Source of the DNA: Steroidobacteraceae bacterium | Lineage (GTDB): Bacteria > Pseudomonadota > Gammaproteobacteria > Steroidobacterales > Steroidobacteraceae | Reading direction: 5' to 3' | NCBI GenBank assembly: GCA_049518595.1 | Contig: JBEKRP010000006.1 | Span: forward strand, 31,994-95,993 | Length of the DNA stretch: 64,000 nucleotides | Shown here: positions 22,188 through 31,477 of the stretch, piece after piece | Layout: each line of letters opens with the position of its first letter | Numbering within the stretch: the first letter of the stretch is position 1 | Position numbers and translations under genes: made by a program | The notes under the pieces: generated by a model | Told to the model about the DNA's origin: nothing | What the model saw: only the letters and a program-made list of their open reading frames with translations | The model's database searches: none

Positions 22188-22248
22188 CGTCGATGCTTAC
22201 CCGCAAGACAACGGCGGACCATGACCTGCAGCCGCTGGCCGGCCGCAT

Positions 22249-22569
22249 TCACTCTTCCGGCGCAATGCTGACCTTCATGCCCGAGAGCGCATCATTGAGT
22301 ACGATCTGACATGACAGGCGCGAATTCTCGCGGCGGCTGATCAGGTCACCGAGCATATCCCTCTCATCGGACATCGGTGCGGGTAACTTCGCCACCCACT
22401 CGGCATCGACGTATACGTGGCAGGTCGCGCAGGAGCACATGCCGCCACAGATTGCGGCCACGCCATCATCCATGTCTCTGAGCGGCTCCATGAGCGTCGC
22501 GCCGCTCTGCGCCTCCAGCTCGCGTTCGATTCCATCACGATCGATCACTCGCACCATCGGCATGACCAC
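22249..22569 (-). CDS. 2Fe-2S ferredoxin (adrenodoxin/putidaredoxin type)
   Basis: CGGMCSCATCHVYV....LSCQI is the vertebrate-type [2Fe-2S] cysteine pattern. Length is about 105 aa. Confidence 0.85.
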   Translation of the reverse strand: MVMPMVRVIDRDGIERELEAQSGATLMEPLRDMDDGVAAICGGMCSCATCHVYVDAEWVAKLPAPMSDERDMLGDLISRRENSRLSCQIVLNDALSGMKVSIAPEE

Positions 22570-22686
22570 TCCTCGGACCTCCAGGGCGCGCTAGTTTGCC
22601 GGCCGCGCCATCGGGATGCCAGTCCCCGCCAGCCAGCCCGGATATGGGGTCGATCCTATGCTCGGTGTGGCTTAAGGAGTGCCGCC

Positions 22687-23520
22687 TCACGGTGGCTCGG
22701 CCGGCTCGCCGCGCGCCAGACGCCACAGCCAGGCCAGTGCGCGGTAGACATAGACGCGTGCCGACAAAGTACGCTCGAGCGCGTGGGCGTCAAACCCCGC
22801 GGCCGCCGCCAGCTCGGCGCGGTAGCGCTCGGCGCCGGGGTAGTAGGCGAGCACGCAGGCCACGTCCATCAGCGGATCGCTGAGTTGCGCATACTCCCAG
22901 TCCAGCAACCACAACCGCGCTCCCTGCAGCACATTGCCCTGCCATAAATCCCCATGCACCACGGTCATGGCCGCGTAACCCGCGCGCAGCTCAGCGGCGA
23001 GGGCTTCGAGGCGCTGTAACGGCTCCTTGAGCGCGCCAGCCCGTGTGGCATCAATCTGTCGGACATAGGCCTGCGCCACTTGCCAGGGATCGAAGGCATC
23101 GATGGCGGGAGCCGGCAGCCGATGCAACGCATACAGCCGCTCGCCCAGGCGCCGCAGCGCATGCACGTCGTCATAGTCGGGGCTGCCCCAGCTGCGGCCC
23201 TCCAGGTATTCCATGATCAGCAACCCCTGTGACTCGGGCGCGGCGTCTACCAGCGCCGGCGCAAGCCCGGCAGCCGCGGCAGCACGATGCAGTACCAGCT
23301 CGCGCGCGCGATCCACGCCCGGCCGGCGCCAGGCTGCGCCGTCCAGGCGCAGCACGAAGCGTCCTGCGGCGCTGTCGACCCGGTAAACCTCATTGACGGT
23401 GCCGCCGCCAAGCCGCTCGATGCGCCGCGCGGTCGCGCCCTGCTCCAGGCCAGGCACGCGCGCCAAAGCCCAAGCGGGCGGCCCGTTCAGCGCCCCTGCA
23501 GCCGGTACTGGTGCAGCCAT
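22687..23520 (-). CDS. APH/choline-kinase-fold phosphotransferase, probable thiamine (or thiamine-precursor) kinase
   Basis: HGDLWQGNVL...LLDWEYA is a Brenner/APH catalytic motif. It is the last gene of the TPP-riboswitch operon. The start is uncertain: ATG 23520 overlaps the pnuC-like stop by 34 nt. Confidence 0.7.
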   Translation of the reverse strand: MAAPVPAAGALNGPPAWALARVPGLEQGATARRIERLGGGTVNEVYRVDSAAGRFVLRLDGAAWRRPGVDRARELVLHRAAAAAGLAPALVDAAPESQGLLIMEYLEGRSWGSPDYDDVHALRRLGERLYALHRLPAPAIDAFDPWQVAQAYVRQIDATRAGALKEPLQRLEALAAELRAGYAAMTVVHGDLWQGNVLQGARLWLLDWEYAQLSDPLMDVACVLAYYPGAERYRAELAAAAGFDAHALERTLSARVYVYRALAWLWRLARGEPAEPP

Positions 23521-24083
23521 TCCCGGAATCCAATGACAGCGATGGTCAGGTAGGTCAGAAACAGCCCGGCGGTGACCGGATAACCCTGGGCGGCAAACAG
23601 GAACGCCATGATCGCGTCCGCGGTAATCCAATACAGCCAGTTCTCGAGCTTAATGCGCGCAACCATCCAGGTCGCCAGCAGACTGATCCAGGTCGTCAAC
23701 GAATCCAGATACGGCCACGCTGCGTGGGTCTCGATCGCGAGCCAGTGCGCCGTAATGAAACTCAGCAGCACGATCGCGGCCAGCGCTGCCAGGTGGTACT
23801 GCGGCGGCCAGCGGGTTATGCGGTCCGCCTCGTGCTGTTGCGCTCGAGTCCAGCTGTACCAGCCATAGAACGACATCACCACGTAGTAAGCCTGCAGCGA
23901 CGACTGCATCGGCAAATGCGCGCGCGCGGCCAGATAGACATAGATTGACGAACTCAAGCCCCCTGCGATCCATCCCAGCCGCTTGCGCTTGAGGATCAGC
24001 AGCACGTAGATCACGCCCAGCAGCACTGCCAGGGCTTCGGGCGGCCTGGTCGTGGCGAGCCCGCGCAGCAGCGTGTCGATCAC
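23487..24083 (-). CDS. pnuC: PnuC-family transporter (nicotinamide riboside/thiamine type)
   Basis: 198 aa with about 7 TM segments and W-rich motifs (..YGWYSW.., ..NWLYWI..) typical of PnuC. The GTG start overlaps the upstream stop (GTGA). Confidence 0.85.
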   Translation of the reverse strand: MIDTLLRGLATTRPPEALAVLLGVIYVLLILKRKRLGWIAGGLSSSIYVYLAARAHLPMQSSLQAYYVVMSFYGWYSWTRAQQHEADRITRWPPQYHLAALAAIVLLSFITAHWLAIETHAAWPYLDSLTTWISLLATWMVARIKLENWLYWITADAIMAFLFAAQGYPVTAGLFLTYLTIAVIGFREWLHQYRLQGR

Positions 24084-24325
24084 CTACTCAACGGCCCAAG
24101 CACTTTCATTACGAACACAGCCTTGTCGTTGCCCTCGAGGGTGGACCGCAGCTCGCATACCAGCGTTTGCATCACGGCGTCGTAGTCGCCGAACACCTGC
24201 GTGCTCATGCTGTTGGTGACGATGCGCAGCCGGCGGTCGGCATTCAGCCGGTCGATGAAATTCTGGATCGGGGGAATGAAGTCCTGGTGCAGCGGGTATA
24301 GGCTGATCTCGACCCCAATGTCCAT
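24080..24325 (-). CDS. YkoF/MTH1187-family (thiamine-binding, DUF77) small protein
   Basis: 81 aa. MDIGVEISLYPL...TQVFGDYDAVM... matches the single ACT-like repeat of the YkoF/MTH1187 family as I recall it. No signal peptide. Confidence 0.65.
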   Translation of the reverse strand: MDIGVEISLYPLHQDFIPPIQNFIDRLNADRRLRIVTNSMSTQVFGDYDAVMQTLVCELRSTLEGNDKAVFVMKVLGPLSR

Positions 24326-24327
24326 TC

Positions 24328-26472
24328 TCAGTCCTCGTTGTGTCCAAGTTGATAGCGAACGGTCAGCCCCACGGTGCGTGGATCGCCGTTCTGGATGAAG
24401 CGCTGGTTCGGAAAGTTCGGCGGCACCAGCCCGAAATAGAACCCCTGCACGGCGTAGCGCTGGTCCAGAAGATTGCGCGTCCAGATGCTGGTTTGCCAGC
24501 CGCCGCGCTCGTATCCAAAGCGAAAATTCACGAGTTGATAAGCCTGCGCCACCTGGTTCTGGCCGGCGGCAAAATAGAACCCGTCGGTGGCCGAGGCGTC
24601 GAGCCGCGCGAACAGGCCATTCGGGTGACTATAGGACAGGGCCGCGGAGAATTGATACTCGGGCGCGAATGATTGGGCGCGGCCGTCCAGCGCCAGCACC
24701 GACGCCCCGGCGCACTCGATCGCCTGCGAGTCGTAGCCCAGATAGCGCGTATGCAGCAGCCCGACGCCACCGGAGAGCTGCCAGCGAGCATTGAGCCGCC
24801 ATTGACCCTGGCTCTCCAGGCCGTAGTTCTCGCCATGCGACGCGTTCTGCGTGAAGAACACGAACGTGGCCGGATTGTCCTGCTCGAGCTGGCACGAGCT
24901 GTAGACCTGCATGTTCTCGCGCCGCATGTAGAACACGTCGGCCTGCCACTGCAGCGTCTTGTCGGCCGACTCGCGCTTGACACCGGTCTCCAGGCTCCAC
25001 AAGTACTCGGGCGCAAAACGGCGTCGCTCGGCCTCGATCTCGCTGCCGATATTGAAGCCGCCGCCCTTGTAGCCGCGCGCCAGGGTCGCATAGAGGCTCT
25101 GCTGCTCGCTGGTGCGCAGCGACCAGGACAGATTGCCGCCGTACATCGTGTCGCGCTCGTCGGGAAACGGCCGCTCCACGTCGGCGCTGTCCTGATAGTG
25201 AGCCAGGCGCCGCTCGGTCCGCAGTCCCAGTGTCAGGCTCGCACGCTCGCTCAAGGCCGCGTCGAGCGAGGCATAGAGTGCAGCGTTGGTTGCCAGGTAA
25301 TCGCTGTGCAACAGGTTGAAGCCCGTGCCGAGGACTTCATCATTCCAGGTGTCGAGCAGATCATCGGACTCGGTCAACCGCACGAAGTACGCCCCGGCCA
25401 GCCAGCGCACCCATCCGAATAGCCTGTGATCCGCGTCGCCGATGAAACGCAGGTCCTCGGCGATGGTGCGGCGCACTCGCCGATCCTGCTCGAAGTAATC
25501 GTAGGGGGAGTAGCCGCAGCACGCCGCCCAGAACGCATCATTGCCCCAATCCGCATCGAACGAATAGACGATGTGCGAATCCGCCGTACTGGACACGCTG
25601 CGCAGCTCGCCGAAGCTGCCGGTGTTCAGCGACAGCTTCAACGATGCGCCCAGCGACTGCTGTGCATCGCGCCCCGGCTGATTCGACTGCGTCGTGAAGC
25701 TGTTGTCGATCGACCAGGCGTCGTAGCCGTTGTTCAGGTCTACGTCCATCAGCGCCAGGTCGGCGCGCAGCGCCGGCGTCACCTGCCAGAAGAACTTGCC
25801 GCGCAACGTACCCTCGTCGTAGCCGTTGGTATCGCCGCGTTGCAGATAAGCGTTGTGGCGATAGCCATCGCTGCGGTATTGCTGCGCCGCCAGGCGCCAG
25901 CCGGCCAGACCATCGTCGACGCTGTCGCTGAGCGCCACGCCGGCCGCGCGAGTCTGATAGTCGCCGAGCGTGGCCTCGCCGTGCAGTGAGAACTCCGGCG
26001 TCGGGTCCTCGGTGCGCACAGAGATCAGACCCGCCAGCGCGTTGGCCCCATAGGCCGTGCCCTGCGGACCGCGCAGCACCTCGATCTGCCTGGTGTCGAA
26101 CAGGGTCGCCGGCATGCCGACCCCCGAGAAATCGATGTCGTCGATCAGAAATCCGACCGAAGGATTGGGCGCGCCCTGGTATTGCTCCACCTCACCGATG
26201 CCGCGCAGCTGGAAAAAACGCGGCCTCGAGCTGCCGCTCGCCCAGCTCAGATTCGGGATCATTGCCAAGACGTCCTCGAAATGCTGCACGCCCGCGGCCT
26301 GCAGCGTGCCGGCATCGAGCACACTCACGCTCTGCGGCAAATCGGCGGCGTTGCTGTCACGCAGGCTCGCGGTGACGACGATTTCCTGCAGCGACTCGTC
26401 GGCCAATGCGGTGACAGATATGGCGGCACAGACAGCCGCGAGCGGCCACAGGCCAGTGCGATGAAATTTCAT
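24328..26472 (-). CDS. TonB-dependent outer-membrane receptor
   Basis: Signal peptide, plug domain (..EIVVTAS.., ..IEVLRGPQGTAYG..) and a beta-barrel ending with an aromatic-rich C-terminus. Confidence 0.92.
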   Translation of the reverse strand: MKFHRTGLWPLAAVCAAISVTALADESLQEIVVTASLRDSNAADLPQSVSVLDAGTLQAAGVQHFEDVLAMIPNLSWASGSSRPRFFQLRGIGEVEQYQGAPNPSVGFLIDDIDFSGVGMPATLFDTRQIEVLRGPQGTAYGANALAGLISVRTEDPTPEFSLHGEATLGDYQTRAAGVALSDSVDDGLAGWRLAAQQYRSDGYRHNAYLQRGDTNGYDEGTLRGKFFWQVTPALRADLALMDVDLNNGYDAWSIDNSFTTQSNQPGRDAQQSLGASLKLSLNTGSFGELRSVSSTADSHIVYSFDADWGNDAFWAACCGYSPYDYFEQDRRVRRTIAEDLRFIGDADHRLFGWVRWLAGAYFVRLTESDDLLDTWNDEVLGTGFNLLHSDYLATNAALYASLDAALSERASLTLGLRTERRLAHYQDSADVERPFPDERDTMYGGNLSWSLRTSEQQSLYATLARGYKGGGFNIGSEIEAERRRFAPEYLWSLETGVKRESADKTLQWQADVFYMRRENMQVYSSCQLEQDNPATFVFFTQNASHGENYGLESQGQWRLNARWQLSGGVGLLHTRYLGYDSQAIECAGASVLALDGRAQSFAPEYQFSAALSYSHPNGLFARLDASATDGFYFAAGQNQVAQAYQLVNFRFGYERGGWQTSIWTRNLLDQRYAVQGFYFGLVPPNFPNQRFIQNGDPRTVGLTVRYQLGHNED

Positions 26473-26477
26473 TCCTG

Positions 26478-26562
26478 CTCCCTACGCCGGTACTAACCGG
26501 ATCAGGTTCAACGGGTTTGCCGACCATCGGCATCTCAGGTCCGTTCCGGACCACCCCAAGGT
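26478..26562 (-). promoter_or_regulatory. TPP (THI-box) riboswitch
   Basis: The minus strand reads CUUGGGGUGGUCCGGAACGGACCUGAGAUGCCGAUGGUCGGCAAACCCGUUGAACCUGAUCCGGUUAGUACCGGCGUAGGGAGCAGGAAUG. All conserved blocks are present (GGGGUG, CUGAGA, ACCC, AACCUGAUCCGG.UA.UACCGGCGUAGGGA). The 3' end overlaps the SD and start codon of the receptor gene. Confidence 0.93.
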
Positions 26563-26651
26563 TTGCGCCGTAAACTATCGAGGAAACGACGGACGATTGC
26601 AAGCGGCCGATGGCACTGCGCCGTTACAATCGCCGTACCAGGAGCGAGATC

Positions 26652-27569
26652 ATGGGCAACAGCGTCCGCGTGTTCCAAGTCGATGCGTTCACCTCACGGC
26701 GCTTCAATGGCAATCCGGCCGGTGTGGTACTCGACGCCGACCCGCTCTCCACCGACGACATGCAGGCGCTCGCGCGCGAGCTGAACAATGGCGATACCGC
26801 GTTTTTGTTACGGCCGGATGCTGACGATCACGACCTGCGGCTGCGGTTCTTCACGCCGCGTCGTGAAGCGGCTTTCGTCGGCCACGCGACGCTCGCGGCC
26901 CATGCCGTGCTCGCGGCGCTGAAGCTCGAACCGCGGCGACGCCAGAAGCAGAGCAGCGGCTTCGTCGAAGTCGACGCGATCACCGGTGCGTGGCCGCCAC
27001 GGATTGCGATCCATCTGCCGCCGCCGACACTGCGGCGTGCCCTCGGCGAGCGCGAACTGTCGGCCGTACTCGAGGCGCTGACCTTGACGCGCGCCGACCT
27101 CGATGCGCATTGTCCGCCGATGCTCGCCGGCGACAGCAGTATGCGGCTGCTGCTCGGGGTCGAACGGGGCACGACGCTCGCGCGCCTGCGGCCCGACCTG
27201 GCGCGCCTGACGGCTTTGTCAGAAGAGCTCGGTGCACCCGGGTATTTTCTATTTTCGCGCAAGCCGTCCCTGGCTGACGTCTACACGGAGGCGCGAATGT
27301 TCTGCCCGGCGCTCGGGATCCCCGAGGACCCGGTGAGCGGCAATGCCCATGCGCTGCTCGGCGCCTATCTGCTGCATCAGGGACTGATCCGCCCGCTACT
27401 CTCGGCGTCGCCGCCCGGCAGCACGATCGAGTTCACCGGCGCCCAAGGGCACCACACCGGCCGCCCTGGCCGAGTAACCGTGGCGCTGAACCTGGAACGG
27501 GATTTGCTCGAATCGGTGAGTGTTATCGGCGAGGCCGTGGTCGTCTTCGACACCGCGCTCGAGTTTTAA
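26652..27569 (+). CDS. PhzF-family isomerase/epimerase
   Basis: MGNSVRVFQVDAFTSRRFNGNPAGVVL... is the typical PhzF N-terminus, followed by two DAP-epimerase-like halves. Confidence 0.85.
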   Translation: MGNSVRVFQVDAFTSRRFNGNPAGVVLDADPLSTDDMQALARELNNGDTAFLLRPDADDHDLRLRFFTPRREAAFVGHATLAAHAVLAALKLEPRRRQKQSSGFVEVDAITGAWPPRIAIHLPPPTLRRALGERELSAVLEALTLTRADLDAHCPPMLAGDSSMRLLLGVERGTTLARLRPDLARLTALSEELGAPGYFLFSRKPSLADVYTEARMFCPALGIPEDPVSGNAHALLGAYLLHQGLIRPLLSASPPGSTIEFTGAQGHHTGRPGRVTVALNLERDLLESVSVIGEAVVVFDTALEF

Positions 27570-27621
27570 GCACCGCGCACTCTGCCTGGATCGCCCGGGC
27601 CATTCTCTTTAGCATTGCACG

Positions 27622-28602
27622 ATGGGCAAGAGCGATGAATGGGAGTTGCATGAGCCACTGCGACCACGGCAGAGCCGATTCAATTTCGATCTGACGGCGA
27701 CATACCGTTCGGTGGTGCTGGTGCATACCGAGGCCAGCGAAGACGGCTATACCGCGCAGTTTCTCGGCACGGAACGGCTGGGCTCGGGTGTCGTGATCCG
27801 CAGCGCCGAGCGCAAGCTGGTGCTGACGATCGGCTACCTGATCACCGAGGCCGAATCCATCTGGCTCACGACTTTCGACGGCAAGGTAGTCGAGGCCTTT
27901 CCATTGGCGTTCGACCAGGTCAGCGGTTTCGGACTGGTGCAGCCGCTCGGCCTGCTCGATGCCCCGGCCATCGAGCGCGGCTCGGCCGCCACGCTTGCGC
28001 TCGGCGACCGCGTCCTCGTGGTGGGGCAAGGCGGCGAGCGCCATTCGCTCGAAGCGCAATTGATCGCGCGCCGCGAGTTCGCGGGCTATTGGGAATACCT
28101 GCTCGACGAGGCGTTGTTTACCGCGCCGCCCCATCCGCAATGGGGCGGCACGGCTCTGATCGGGACCGACGGCCTGTTGCTGGGTATCGGTTCGCTGTTC
28201 GTGCAGGAATCGCTGGCGCAGGAAGGCTTCGATGCCAATATGTTCGTGCCGATCGATCTGCTCGAACCGGTACTCGAGGAAATGATCGAACTCGGCCGGC
28301 CGCGGCGCACAGCGCGTCCCTGGCTGGGTCTGTACACGGCGGAACAAGCCGACCACATCATGGTCGCCGGCCTCACGCGCGATGGACCCGCGCACCGCGC
28401 GGGCGTGCGCCTCGGCGACGTGATCGTCGAGGTCGCCGGACATCGTGTGACCTCATTACCGCAGTTTTTCCGCAGTGTCTGGAATAGCGGTGCCGCCGGT
28501 GTCGAAGTGGCCCTGAAACTCATGCGCGGGGGCGAGGCATTTCACGCGCTGCTGCAATCGGCCAATCGCGACGACTTCCTGAAAAAACCGCTCAGACACT
28601 AG
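27622..28602 (+). CDS. Trypsin-like (S1C/HtrA-like) fold plus PDZ domain protein, apparently lacking the catalytic triad
   Basis: GSGVVI...LTIGYLIT..., ..HPQWGGTALIGTDGLLLGIGS.., and a C-terminal PDZ (..GLTRDGPAHRAGVRLGDVIVEVAG..). No signal peptide. Confidence 0.7.
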   Translation: MGKSDEWELHEPLRPRQSRFNFDLTATYRSVVLVHTEASEDGYTAQFLGTERLGSGVVIRSAERKLVLTIGYLITEAESIWLTTFDGKVVEAFPLAFDQVSGFGLVQPLGLLDAPAIERGSAATLALGDRVLVVGQGGERHSLEAQLIARREFAGYWEYLLDEALFTAPPHPQWGGTALIGTDGLLLGIGSLFVQESLAQEGFDANMFVPIDLLEPVLEEMIELGRPRRTARPWLGLYTAEQADHIMVAGLTRDGPAHRAGVRLGDVIVEVAGHRVTSLPQFFRSVWNSGAAGVEVALKLMRGGEAFHALLQSANRDDFLKKPLRH

Positions 28603-28648
28603 AAAACCCGACCGCCTCCCGCCCCGCGACAGGCAATGAACGCCGCGT

Positions 28649-29188
28649 TCATCCATGCAAGTATGGCTGCAGAAAGTCGCGATAGGACTGCATGCGTGCG
28701 CGGTAATGCGCAGCACCCTGGGCAATCATTGCCAGATCATGGGCGTTCGCCTGGCGCACGAGTCTCGCCGGCGCGCCCATCACCACCGAGCCATCCGGGA
28801 CTTCGCGATCCGGCGGCACCAGTGAGCCGGCCGCGATGATGCAGTGCCTGCCGATGCGGGCACGATCGAGCACGATCGCACCGTTACCGATCAGCGATTC
28901 ATCCCCGATCACACAGCTGTGCAGCATCACCATGTGGCCCACGCTAACCTCGCGTCCCACCACGGTGGGCGAACCCGCATCGGCGTGGATGACCGTGCCG
29001 TCCTGCACGTTGCTGCCGCTGCCGATATCGATGCGCTCGTCGTCGGCGCGCAATACGCAATTGAACCACAGGCTTACACCGGCGCCGAGCACTACCGATC
29101 CAATCACTTGCGCTCCGGGCGCGATGTAGAAATCAGCCCCCGCGGTCGTCAACTGCCGCTCGCCCAGCGTGTAAATCCCCGCACTCAT
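28649..29188 (-). CDS. Gamma-class carbonic anhydrase / hexapeptide-repeat (LbH) family protein
   Basis: Left-handed beta-helix hexapeptide repeats and His ligands (..VSVGHMVMLHSCVIG..), YrdA/PaaY-like. Length is 179 aa. Confidence 0.85.
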   Translation of the reverse strand: MSAGIYTLGERQLTTAGADFYIAPGAQVIGSVVLGAGVSLWFNCVLRADDERIDIGSGSNVQDGTVIHADAGSPTVVGREVSVGHMVMLHSCVIGDESLIGNGAIVLDRARIGRHCIIAAGSLVPPDREVPDGSVVMGAPARLVRQANAHDLAMIAQGAAHYRARMQSYRDFLQPYLHG

Positions 29189-30420
29189 CGTATCCTCCGT
29201 TGGCGGCCAAGGGGGTCATCGACCAGATTATCGGCAGCGTGCGCCCGGCGCGCACCGAGGACGCACCACAGCGCTTGCAAGGTCACCAGCCCGGCAATCA
29301 GAAACGGTGCGCTGGGCCCGACGTGCATGTATGTCGGGCCGGACGCGAACGGCGCGATCACCCGTGCCAGTGACGTGCCCGACTGGTACGTCCCCATGAC
29401 CGCACCGCGGTTGTGTACCTGCGCTTCGCGTGAGGCGAGCGCGGCACTACTCGGGCCGAACAGTCCGACACCGAGCCCGCAAGCCATCAACCCGAGAATC
29501 ACTATTGGCAGCGCGGCACCGAAGGCCAGGCTCACAACCCCGGAAGCCAGGAAAAGAATCCCGGCGATCGCGAGCCGGGTTTCCCCAAAACGCGGCGCCA
29601 GTGTCCGCATGAATCCGCCCTGTGTGCCCACGGCAACGATCGCGAGCGCGAACAGCGCCAGACCGACAGTGCGTGGCCCGACGTGATAGCGGTCCATGGC
29701 CCAGATCGCAAAGATCGATTCCAGCGTCGACTGCGAAAACGTCACCAGCAGGGTGCCGAGCGTCAGCCAGCGCAGCGCCGGTAACATGCGCAGCAGCTGC
29801 CATGCATGCGCACGGGAAGCGCCCGAGGCATGCGCGCGCCGGTGTTCCGCAGTGTGGCTCTCGGGCAGCATGAACAACACCAGCAGCATCGCCAGCACGC
29901 TCAGGGATGCCGACACCAGCGCCGGCCGCAGAAAACTCGCCGTCTGCAACTGCTCACCCGCCAGTGCGCCACCGATCGCCGGTCCGAGCATGAATCCAAT
30001 GCCGATGGCCGCTCCCACCGTGCCCATGGTCCTCGCGCGATCCGCCGGCTGGCTGATGTCGGAGGCATAGGCCATGGCCGCCGACAGATTCCCGGCCATC
30101 AGTCCGGCCAGCGCTCGCGCCAGGAATAGTGTCGCGATGGAATGCGCAAAAGCCAGGATCACATACGAAGCGCAGGCGCCGACCATGCTCGTCAGCAATA
30201 TCGGCCGCCGGCCCAGACGATCGCTCAGCCGCCCCCAGAGCGGCGCAGCCAGCAACTGACAGGCCGAATAAATTCCGAGAATCCAGGTATTGAGGGTCGG
30301 CGAGGCCCCGAACTGCACCGCCATGTACGGAATCAGTGGAATCAGGATGCCGAATCCGAGTACATCGATCACGCAGACGATGAATAGCGCCAGCAACGGT
30401 TTCAATCTTCTCTCCGTCAT
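29185..30420 (-). CDS. MFS transporter (TCR/TetA-like, 12 TM)
   Basis: ATG at 30420. MTERRLKPLLALFIVCVIDVLGFGILIPLIPY... and the GRLSDRLGRRPILL motif A. The stop overlaps the gamma-CA start. Confidence 0.85.
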   Translation of the reverse strand: MTERRLKPLLALFIVCVIDVLGFGILIPLIPYMAVQFGASPTLNTWILGIYSACQLLAAPLWGRLSDRLGRRPILLTSMVGACASYVILAFAHSIATLFLARALAGLMAGNLSAAMAYASDISQPADRARTMGTVGAAIGIGFMLGPAIGGALAGEQLQTASFLRPALVSASLSVLAMLLVLFMLPESHTAEHRRAHASGASRAHAWQLLRMLPALRWLTLGTLLVTFSQSTLESIFAIWAMDRYHVGPRTVGLALFALAIVAVGTQGGFMRTLAPRFGETRLAIAGILFLASGVVSLAFGAALPIVILGLMACGLGVGLFGPSSAALASREAQVHNRGAVMGTYQSGTSLARVIAPFASGPTYMHVGPSAPFLIAGLVTLQALWCVLGARRAHAADNLVDDPLGRQRRIR

Positions 30421-30478
30421 GTGCTCGTTCGTAGCCCAACCAGTCTTCTCAGCCGTGGCTGTTCCATGCCCTGGCTGT

Positions 30479-31477
30479 TCAATGCCCGGGCACCAGCTGC
30501 TGCAGCTGTGAGCCCACACTGCGCTGCGCCGGACGCTCCGACACTGCTCGTATCACGAGGTTGGGCAACCGCGTCTCGTCCCAGGGTCGGGATTCGCTGG
30601 GGCTCCCCGCGGCCGCCGGCGGCGGCACATGCGCCACGAAGGGCAACGACTGTGCGGCGGATTTGGCGCCGAACAGCACGGCCAGATTGAGTGTCGGAAT
30701 CAACCATAGCCGCCAGCGTCCGGGCCCGCGAAGAAAGAATACGTCATCGGCGGCAAACGGCTCGGCGCCATGCGCCGCGGCCGCGAGTTCGATACCGAAT
30801 CCCCCGATGCCGTCCGCGGACACCGGACGCCGCATACGCTCCACCCAGCCCGGCGGCACCACAGCCTTGCCCTCGAAATGTCCGTCATCGAGCAACACGA
30901 TGGCAACGCGCAGCCAATCCACGACGCGGGCGTGGAAGCAGCAGTCGGCCGGCGCGGTGGCGCCGGCGGTGGGCAATGCAATCCAGGCCGGTGCGGCATT
31001 GAGACGACGCCAAAGGCGCAGTGACAGATAGTCCGGATAACTTTGCCGTGAGCCCGCTTCGATCGCGGCACGCAGGCGCGCCGGATCGAAACCGCTCAGG
31101 GACTGCAACGCCAGACTGTCATCGTGCGCCGCGATTCCGGCGGCCAATGCCACCAACGCCTGCGCGAACGGACCCGAGTCGATCATGGTTTCGGCATTGA
31201 CTGCATGGCCATAGCGCTCATAGACGATATAGTCATGGCGCAAGACGATCAGGACCTGTAGCCCATCGGCCGCCGCATCGCGGCCGGCATCCTCGAGCGC
31301 CGCGGCATCGAGATGTTCTTGCTGCGGCGGCACGCGCGGCAGGCCGCCCGCATCGCCGCCGTTGACCACCGCGCGCGGGCCGGACCACCGCTGACCTTCG
31401 AAACCCGGCCAGAGCAGCCAGGCCGCCGCGACCAGCGCGACGCCACCGGCGCCGATGAGCTCGGCTCGGAATTTCAT
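30479..31477 (-). CDS. Beta-lactamase-fold-like secreted/anchored protein of unknown function (no SxxK motif seen)
   Basis: N-terminal anchor MKFRAELIGAGGVALVAAAWLLW, and ..VLIVLRHDYIVYERYGH...IDSGPFAQALVALAAGI.. resembling the serine-hydrolase N-terminal region. The start overlaps the modF-like stop (ATGA). Confidence 0.5.
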   Translation of the reverse strand: MKFRAELIGAGGVALVAAAWLLWPGFEGQRWSGPRAVVNGGDAGGLPRVPPQQEHLDAAALEDAGRDAAADGLQVLIVLRHDYIVYERYGHAVNAETMIDSGPFAQALVALAAGIAAHDDSLALQSLSGFDPARLRAAIEAGSRQSYPDYLSLRLWRRLNAAPAWIALPTAGATAPADCCFHARVVDWLRVAIVLLDDGHFEGKAVVPPGWVERMRRPVSADGIGGFGIELAAAAHGAEPFAADDVFFLRGPGRWRLWLIPTLNLAVLFGAKSAAQSLPFVAHVPPPAAAGSPSESRPWDETRLPNLVIRAVSERPAQRSVGSQLQQLVPGH

